From Peribolospora baueri (taxonomy: Eukaryota), in the NCBI GenBank assembly GCA_029717555.1, contig JAMDHS010000042.1, positions 124,001-184,340 of the forward strand: a DNA stretch of 60,340 nucleotides, in the 5' to 3' direction. Below the pieces are notes generated by a model that was given only the letters and a program-made list of their open reading frames with translations, was not told the origin of the DNA and did no database searches. Positions 52,162-60,340 of this stretch are shown here, piece after piece. The stretch's first letter is position 1, and the number at the start of each line of letters is the position of its first letter. Both the position numbers and the translations under genes were made by a program.

Positions 52162-55100
52162 ATGCGATCGCAAGTTCCTCCACCACCGTCTCCCCTGCTC
52201 ACCACCATGAGTAGACCAGCGGACGTCGCTCAGAATAGTTCAGCTCAGACCTCCGACACTTCCTCTGTACATGCTGCTCTACTGCCACTGTCCGTCCTTG
52301 CGCTTTCGGATTCGTCTGATGCCGCACAAGCGTCGCGATCGCCCAACGGGACACTAGGTGCTGCCTCCGCCGATACATCTTCCTCTTCTGGCAGAGACCC
52401 TTTGACGAACCTCAATCATTCCGCTCAAGCTTCCTATCCCGCGGCAACGGAGTCTGAATTAGAGGAGGTGGCGGGTGGCAGTGGCACCTTTGCTTCGCGC
52501 TCTCTGTGCATTCTGTATGGCTCGCAGACAGGTAACGCGCAGGACGTGGCGGAGCGCGTGGCTCGAGAAGCCACGAGACGGAGGTTCGAGGTGCGGTGTC
52601 AGGCCATGGACGACTATGACAAGGTGAGCGGATCAATATGAGCCAGCAGGGGAAACGAGAGACTACGTACAGGTCATTCGCGTGGACAGGACCTGAAGTC
52701 GGCTTTATCTGATAAGCGCATTGAACGTCGGAAGACGAAGACGTTGATGGATTCGGCGCATCATAGCCGCCTTCGTAACGCGCACTTCGTTAATATTATA
52801 TTCTTCCCGAATTCGCTTCACAACAGTCTCTCCTCATAGACGAGCCCCTAGTTGTATTCGTCCTTTCCACAACCGGCCAAGGCGACGCTCCGTCGAACAT
52901 GCTTCGCTTCTGGCGGTTTCTCCTCCGACGGGATCTGCCCAGCGACATCCTCTCTGACCTGCGGTACGCGATCTTTGGACTTGGCGACACGAGCTATCCG
53001 AGGTACTGTTGGCCTGCCAGAAGATTGGATAAGCGGCTAGTTCAGCTGGGAGCACAGGCCGTCGTAGAGAGGGGCGAAGCGGACGATCAGCACTACTTGG
53101 GGTGGGTGGGTCGATGATTGCTATACAAAGTTGTTTTTCCTTTTTCTCACATAGGCGTCACATCTTCCTTCTGTAGCATCGACGGCGCGCTTGATCCGTG
53201 GCTCGTCTCTCTGTGGTCCCGATTATCCCAGCTTTATCCTCTGCCCGAAGGTGTCCAGCCGATACCAGACTCCGAGGTTTTGCCGCCTCGTGTCCACCTG
53301 CGCCTCCCAATGCTTGACTCCGACTCCAATCTCTGCAACCTTCGTTCCCGACCCGCCACCCCAGAACTCTCTTTCGCACCTAAGACTGGTTCAAGTCTTG
53401 TCAACGGTGGGCCGACGGCCCTTCCTCCAACCCCGCGCTCTTCCACCCGTGGAACGCCTGGTACCCCTATGACAGTCGATGGTCGTCCGGACACAGAAGG
53501 TGCACACGACCACCTGGAGAGGCCGACCCCTCCTGAGGGCATGCGCTGGGCCGTCGTCAAGGAGAACAGAAGGATCACTGCGCGGGATTGGACGCAGGAC
53601 GTTCGCCATGTCGAGCTGCAGCTAGAAGGAACTGAGTGAGTATGCAGTGTCTGATTTAAGATAATTGCCCGGGAGCACGGGGTCGTGCTCATCGCTCCAC
53701 CAATTTTCCCCTCATAGCCACCGACCAGGGGACGTCGCGTCTCTGCGGCCGGAGAACATGCCAGCGGACGTCGAGCGTTTACTGGAAACCCTCGGTCATG
53801 CGGACGTCGCGGACGTGCCATTAGATCTTCAATTGCTCGACTTTAGTGAGTTTCGTAGACACAGGTTGAGTTTTGCAGGTGCTGGGCGTGTCTGACCTTA
53901 CCTGAGCTTGACTGCCCTCATTCCTCTAGACCGGCCCCTCCCCAGATACTTCCCCCACCGACCAACCCTTCGTTATCTGTTCACTCGCTACTTTGACGCC
54001 TTCAGCGTTCCGCGCCGGTCTTTCTTTGAATGGATCAGGTACTTTGCCAAAGACGACGTGGAGAGAGAGAAGCTGGAGGAGTTTTGCAGCGCCGAAGGGC
54101 AGGTAAGCGTTGAGAGTCGTTGAGGCCTTTCCCTTTCAGTGTGGTCTCTGAACCTTCTTCGTCTTCTGCTTCTGCGCACGCGCACAAGGACGAGCTATAC
54201 CAGTACGCCCATCGGGTGCGCCGAACGATAGCCGAGGTCCTCGACGAGTTCCACTCGGTCGACATCCCGCTCGACTACCTCTTTGACGTTTTCCCTGAGA
54301 TTAGGCCACGGCAGTTTAGCATATCTAACAGCCCGAAGGTGCGTGTCCGGGCCACCGGTCGGTTCCGCTCTGGGGTCGTCCGCTTTGGAGCCGTTCATCT
54401 CCACTCACGTACATTCCTTCTTTTAAGATGTACCCGGATCTTGTGCACCTTACGGTGGCCATTGTCAAGTACAAGACCAAGCTCAAATTACCGAGGCGAG
54501 GCGTTTGCACCACATGGATCGCCCAGTTGAAGCCGGGTGAGCAGGTGGTCGTGCGGTCTCTAGGTCCTGGGATGAAGGATGTCGGCTGATTGTTCCATTT
54601 CCGCCGTTCCCGACATCGGCTTGTCTCGCCCAGGCGATCGCATCCCTATCGGCATCGAATCCGGGACGATGCACCTCCCTGCGTCAGCCCAGACGCCAGT
54701 GGTGCTCATAGGTCCGGGAACGGGCGTCGCTCCCATGCGCGCCTTCCTCCAGGACCGTTTTTCCTCTGGCTCGCTCGCCCCTTCCAACCTCCTCTTCCCC
54801 GGCTGCAGGAAAAGCGCGTGCGACTTTCACTACGCGGAGGAGTGGAAGGCATACGCCGTGGAGGAGCCGAGGCGGTTGAGGTACCATCTGGCTGCGAGCA
54901 GGGATCAGGAGGAGAAGGTGTACGTGCAGGATAAGATCAGGGAGTACGCCGACGAGGTGTGGGATGTTGTGGGCGTCCGAGGAGGCAGCGTTTACATCTC
55001 CGGGTGAGCGTCTCGGTGCCTGCTCCTGCCTGATCAGACTGGGTCTTGTCTCATCACTCCTTTCTTTCTTTCCTCTTTGAACGCGACATGCCCTGCCCTT

Positions 55101-55254
55101 CCGCCGCAGCTCATCGGGAAAAATGCCGGAAGGAGTACGAGCGGCGCTATGTGACGTCTTGCAGTCCCGAGGGGGCATGAGCGCCGACGAGGCAGAGCGG
55201 TACCTAATCGAGATGGAGTCTGCGAGACGGCTGCAAGAGGAGTGTTGGAGCTGA
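52162..55254 (+). CDS. TAH18: NADPH-dependent diflavin oxidoreductase 1 (Tah18/NDOR1)
   Basis: ILYGSQTGNAQDVAE, STTGQGDAPSNMLRFWRFLLRRDLP, FGLGDTSYPRYCWPARRL, QDVRH, ELYQYAHRVRRTIAEVL, IRPRQFSIS, IGPGTGVAPMRAF, KVYVQD, QEECWS*. The start is ATG 52162 or 52207. Confidence 0.95.
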
Positions 55255-55885
55255 AATGGTCGATAAGAAGGAGAGAGGGAGGGAGAGGGAGGGAGGAAAA
55301 AGACGATGCGATGCTATGCGGGTCGTGCGCGAAACACATATGTAGTGTCCTTCCTTCCTTCCTTTCTTTCTTTCTTTCTTTATGCAAGCATGTATGTACT
55401 CGAGCCAAAACGGCCGCCGAGCACGGACGGGCGTCTGAAGATGATCCATCCCAATCCGATCGCTAACTTGACATGACCGTACCTAATAAGACCGTCGGAC
55501 GACGGCCCACTCGAATCCTTGAATCCTCCCTCTCGTCCGACGGCTCTCTACGTTATCAAACGTACCCGGCCATCCTCGAACGAGTTCGAGTTCGAGTTCG
55601 CCGCCGCGGTAAGCGGCAACTCGGGTTTTCGCTCACATCGGTCGTTTCAACAGCTCGTTCCAGTCCATTCCAATCCATTCCAGTCCAATCTACTCCATTC
55701 CTCGCTTGCACGGGAAAGACGACGGCTCATGTATGCACACGCACTGGTATGTCCCATGGGACTGGCCACACATCCATCCACACGGGCTTCCCATCTCATC
55801 CATGTGCCAAGCTTCGCTTCGCTTCGCAAACGACAAAACCCTTCCACCATGCCATGCTCTGCGCTTCGGATCGATCCAGACGCGC

Positions 55886-57101
55886 TTAGAAGGCAAAGTC
55901 CTGGGCCAAGAGGATGTCGTACGTGGTCCAGATGGACGTCATCCAGAGGCCTGTGAGCGTGGGTGCGGACGGATCGGGCAGATAAGAGGAGGAAAACCAA
56001 GTCGGACGAGGTGAGTTCGGCCCTCTCTCCCCTGCGGCTCCTAGCTCGCCTGACATCCAATCGAATGCACTCACCGAGAATGCCAACGTTGTGGAGGGCG
56101 CCGCCGCGCGAGTTCCTCTGCGATGGGTTGCCGGTGGTGTATCCAATCGTGTACAAAATGCGTCCGACGATCCAAGCGGCGCCGAAACCAGCGGCGAGGC
56201 GTGGGTGCTTGAGCCCAGAGTAGAAGAGGCTCATGATAAAGATCGGCAGGGTCTCGAGGGTGTTATGGTGGGCACGCTGGGCGCAGTTGAAGACGTAGGC
56301 ATCCTTGCTCGCCTCGGCTTCGCTGATCATGGGCGAGAGAGAGAAGGAGCGAAACTGGGTTATGCTATTCGGCGGATGGATCACCCGCTCGCTCGGCCAC
56401 ACTCACGCCTTCTCAGCATAGAGTTGCGGGTAGGGGATCTTGGCCCTCTTGCGCGCAGCTACGACCTTTATCACCTGTTGGGTCATGGCCCCGGCGGGAG
56501 AGAGCGCGTCGAGCGGTGAGCTCGGACACTGACGAGACGAAGACGAAGACGGGCGGAAAACGAAAAACGGATGGGCACCTGGAAAGCGTTGAGGAAGAAG
56601 ACGCCGGTGGCGGCGAGGCCGACATAGCCGTACTGTTATGCGAAGGGGACGCCGGCGGTGAGAACGCAGACAGATGGGTCGCTGATGAGCGGCTATGGTT
56701 CACGACGGGAGAAGAGACAGGAACGGGTGACTGACCCTATTTAGGAACGCCGATCGGGGGATAAGATAACGTGCGAACGAGTGATGGGATGATCAAGAGT
56801 GAGCGCACGGCTTCGTCAATCACGACATGCGGCGGCCATCTGGCGTGTGCGACTGGCCCATCTCGCGCACAGTGCGGGGTGACGTAGCGCGAGCAAAGGG
56901 AGGGAGGCGTGGAAAAGGATAAAAGGTCCCTTCCGACGCCCGTCCCCATCGATCCCTCGCTTTCGCTTTCCAGTCAGTCCCGCAAACACCGTGCCCCTCG
57001 CCTCGCACGCGCCAACGTCCCCGAAGCCAAACGATCGGAAGGAGAGAAGAAGGAAGGAAGACTGACCCGGTGGGAAGGGCGGGGATGTTAACGGAGGACA
57101 T
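55886..57101 (-). CDS. MGST3: Microsomal glutathione S-transferase 3 (MAPEG family)
   Basis: Spliced: MSSVNIPALPTG-YGYVGLAATGVFFLNAFQ|VIKVVAARKRAKIPYPQLYAEKA|EAEASKDAYVFNCAQRAHHNTLE..AWIVGRILYTIGYTTGNPSQR..G|LWMTSIW..FAF*. The first junction needs one extra base (see findings). Confidence 0.92.
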
Positions 57102-57212
57102 GGTGGTATTCTACGTAGGTCGTTTATGTGGGGGAGGTGAAGGACGGGGGGGAGATGGAGATGGAGATGGAGATGAGAAGGACGGGGGGAGAATATCGAC
57201 TTCCGTCGGCGG

Positions 57213-57222
57213 TATATATATA
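57213..57222 (-). promoter_or_regulatory. TATA-like element upstream of MGST3
   Basis: TATATATATA-type run ~115 bp upstream of ATG 57101, followed on the minus strand by a pyrimidine-rich leader. Confidence 0.5.
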
Positions 57223-58487
57223 TCCTGGTCACCGCCGTCGGTGCTGGCAGCCGGACGACGACGCCCGCTCGCTCGCCTTCGAGACGCTTCTCTCTCTCTC
57301 TCCACGTCACTCTTTCCTCCTTCTAACACCACCTTGGCTTCTTCCCCCTCCCATCCCCAACTTCGGCTTCCTTTCCCCGTCCTGGTGACGCGTCGGCTAC
57401 ACCACACCGCCACTCGGCACCCACTCCTCCGCTCCCATTAGCATCGCCCGTCACGTGCACGCGGGTGTTACTTACGGCCGATGGGACGGGTGTTACGGTT
57501 GTGGGCGTCCAACGAACGGCGAGCAGCGAGCAGCGAACGAACAACGAACATCGAAGGTCGAACGTCTTCGCCACGTCCATCCGCGGCGGGGACGACCGTG
57601 TCCGTGTCCGTGTCCGTGTCCGAGGTGTCTCCTACAACAGCGCCGCTAGGCAATCGGACCATTGGGAGTGTACGACGTCCATCTCGCTCACCCTCGAGCC
57701 ATACCACACCACTCGACTCGGCTGTGGCACGTGCGCTGGCCTCCTCTTCGCCCGTCCACTAATGCCACCGCAATTTTCTCCCATCGTCCCTTGCAAAAGA
57801 GATGTCTCCTATTTCTTTTCCTCGCGCCGAGTCCATGACATTCCATGGCATGCGAATGAATGACTCCAAAAGAGGGCCGTCGCACGTGTCGTGTTGTCCA
57901 GCACACGCGACAGATGGGTATGACGAGACAGACGTTCCCAGAACCGGATGATGTCATGTCATTCTTGCCGTCATCCAAGTCATCATCGTACGTGAAACGT
58001 CGTGCTCGCCCATCATCGCCTAAGCGGCGTTGGCGTTGGTGAGGAGCCCCATAATTCGTTCGTTCCGCCGCTCGCTGAGCGTGTCGAATGGCGCTGCACG
58101 TGCCTGGCGTCTGTTCTGTTCTGTTCTCTTCTGTGCTTTGCTGTCCATATCTCAAGGGAGAAATGAGGACCAACGGTGCGGGGCGGGGCGGGCGAATGAG
58201 GATAGCATGTTCGTGTTCATGTTGACAAACGAACGTGTCGGATGGACGGACGACGGAAGGAAGGCCATGTGGGATAGATCGAGGGAGAGAGAGTGCGGAG
58301 AAGGATGATGATGAGTGCGTCCATCCATCGAGCATTCATTCGTCCGATCCATCCGTCCCTCGTCCATCTCTATTTCCGTCGTCCATCTCCATCGCCATCT
58401 CATCTTCCATCTCCTTCTTTATCTCCACCTCCATCTCCTTCTCTATCTCCTTCTCCCCCTCAACCCCCCATCCCCTCGTCTCCCAAA

Positions 58488-59943
58488 ATGCAGCTCACAA
58501 CCCCACTGGCCCTCCTCCTCTCCTTCCCCCTCGTCCCTTCTCTCGTCTCAGCCTCCCCATTCCCATTCCCCTTGACCCCTGCCTCCTCTCCAGAAGTGCA
58601 CCGGCGAGGGATCACGTTCCAGTCCGGTCATGTTGACCAAATCCCGCTGGAGGGAGCGGACGATCAGAGCGGAGAGAAGAGACGCCAGAAAGTACCGGTC
58701 ACGCTCGGTGTCATGAGTCGGTGTGCTGATTCCTCGTAGGTCTCGCGCAAGCCGCATCGCATCTTTCCTCGTCTCCCTCCTCGCTCGTCGCCTCCTTTCC
58801 TGCCTTAGCCTGTTACCGTCTCCTTCCATCCCCTCCCCCCTACCCGCCTTCCCCAGCTTGTGCGAAAGCGTCTTCGACAAAGTCGGTGCGTCCTCGTCCT
58901 CGACTCTTCCCGCTCCTCGCCCCTTTTGACAGCTTGCGTCCATGCTAACCGCCGCGCTTCATCGTCTTTCGCGTTTTCCCAGTCGACCGCGTTGGCTCCA
59001 AGATGAACGTCACGCTGTCCTACCTTGCCGACGTAGACAAAAAGGCAAAGTACGGCATGCGGTGCAAGCACGGTGACCAGGTGGGCCACCGATCCCTTTC
59101 CTGTCTTTTGCCCCGTTCGACCGGACTGACTCACCCGCCACCCTCCCCTTTCGAACAGGAATGCCTCGGAAACATCCAACAGCTATGCATGCACCACCAC
59201 CTCACCTCCCCTCAGCTCGGAGAGTTTGTCCTCGATCCAGAGTGGAAAGGCGGTGGCGGCGGCGGACACGGACGGGACCGGGGATGGGAGACGGGTGAGG
59301 AGGAGGACCCCAAGGACCCCACGCCCACGCCCACGCCCTCGCCGCCCCCGCCCCGCATCCCGCACCCTGACCCTAAGCACCCTAGCAACCATCCTTACGC
59401 GTGAGTGGGCGGTTAGTCGGTAGACGATCGAATGGGTGGCCGTGACCTGACGCGCCGTAATACACCACATCCACCCCTTCACCCAACACAGCTGGTGGTC
59501 CTTCATCCAATGCCAGAACTACGCCGGCATCCCGTCCATCGGCACCGACTCGCTCGCTCGCCTGTGCGCCAACGTCATCGGCATCGATTACGACTCGTCC
59601 GGCGTGCGCGAGTGTGTGGAGGGTCCCGAGGGGAGGAGGTTGCTCAGGGAGAGCGCCGCCAGGACCGTCGAATTGGGGATCGAGTGAGTCGCTTGATCAG
59701 CTCTGGGGGGTCGGGGGAGAGGGTATCGAAGGATGTCAACTCGGTCTGTCTTTTCTAATTACCACCCTCCGCCCTTATCCATCTTCTTCTTACAGACGCT
59801 CCTGCACCATCCTCCTCCCAACTCCTCACAAGCGCTGCGTCCTTGACGATGGCCGGTGGCAGCAATGTGACGACGGACACCAGCCGGCTGACTTTGTTGC
59901 TATGGTTAATAAAGAGTGGGAGAGGTTGAATGTGGAGGAGTGA
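58488..59943 (+). CDS. Secreted GILT-like (gamma-interferon-inducible lysosomal thiol reductase family) protein
   Basis: Signal peptide; KVPVTLGVMSRCADSS|LCESVFDKV|..YGMRCKHGDQ|ECLGNIQQLC..WWSFIQCQNY..CANVIG..SCTI..CVLDDGRWQQC. Confidence 0.85.
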
Positions 59944-60288
59944 GCGAGGCGGGCGGGGGCCCGATCGAGATTGGGCACGGGGATGGAGGGAGGGACCGTC
60001 TTCTCCTGTCCTTGTGGGCCGCTCGACGGGAGGCGAGGCGATAGGGATGTATCACGTCGACGTACCTCTCCGTCCCACCGAGATGACCTCCTATATCCCC
60101 GCCTCCCCTCGCCTCCGATTCGTCTCGTCATCCCTCTCCCTTACACCCTCGCTCATCACCCGACCCTCTTGCGTCAACGTCCCCGCCATCCCGCGCGCGG
60201 ACCGTTTCATCATCCGAGTTTTTTCAACCGTCCATCCATCCATCCAGCACACGTATTGTTATCATCCCCGTCGCTTCGCCCATCTTTT

Positions 60289-60290
<2 letters not shown>

Positions 60291-60332
<42 letters not shown>
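60291..60332 (+). repeat. 42-nt poly(T) homopolymer
   Basis: Uninterrupted T run near the window end. Confidence 0.9.
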
Positions 60333-60340
60333 CTTGTTCG

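Noticed and set aside
60291..60332. Poly(T) as a retroelement or processed-pseudogene tail
   Set aside because: It is at the window edge with no visible element body or target-site duplication; it cannot be supported here.

Overview
Eukaryotic, GC-rich, intron-dense fungal DNA, most consistent with a basidiomycete (GTGAGT/GTAAGT/GTGCGT donors, CTRAC-like branch points, introns mostly ~60-200 nt). The supplied six-frame ORF track only catches exon fragments, so the gene models below were assembled by hand from splice signals. The first ~5.8 kb is decayed: it holds a 5'-truncated ABC1/ADCK kinase fragment, a multiply frameshifted O-methyltransferase and other broken coding remnants. The rest is a compact run of mostly intact genes: RTC1/SEA2 (WDR24), RTF2, an orphan 7-TM GPCR-like protein with a ~900-aa third intracellular loop, DSN1/MIS13, RBX1, SEM1, THOC3/TEX1, a SIS1-type DnaJ, DHX16/PRP2, CRD1, a membrane-anchored multicopper oxidase, a secreted acid phosphatase, mitochondrial ClpX, an FMP46-like protein ending in a polybasic+CaaX tail, an orphan acidic Trp-repeat protein, TAH18, MGST3 and a GILT-like thiol reductase. 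The most notable observation is an apparent single-nucleotide microexon (position 56736, minus strand) needed to put MGST3 in frame. The acidic W-x-L repeat protein and the giant-loop 7-TM protein come next. No rRNA, tRNA, CRISPR array or intact transposon was recognised. Family assignments are from motif recognition, not database searches.
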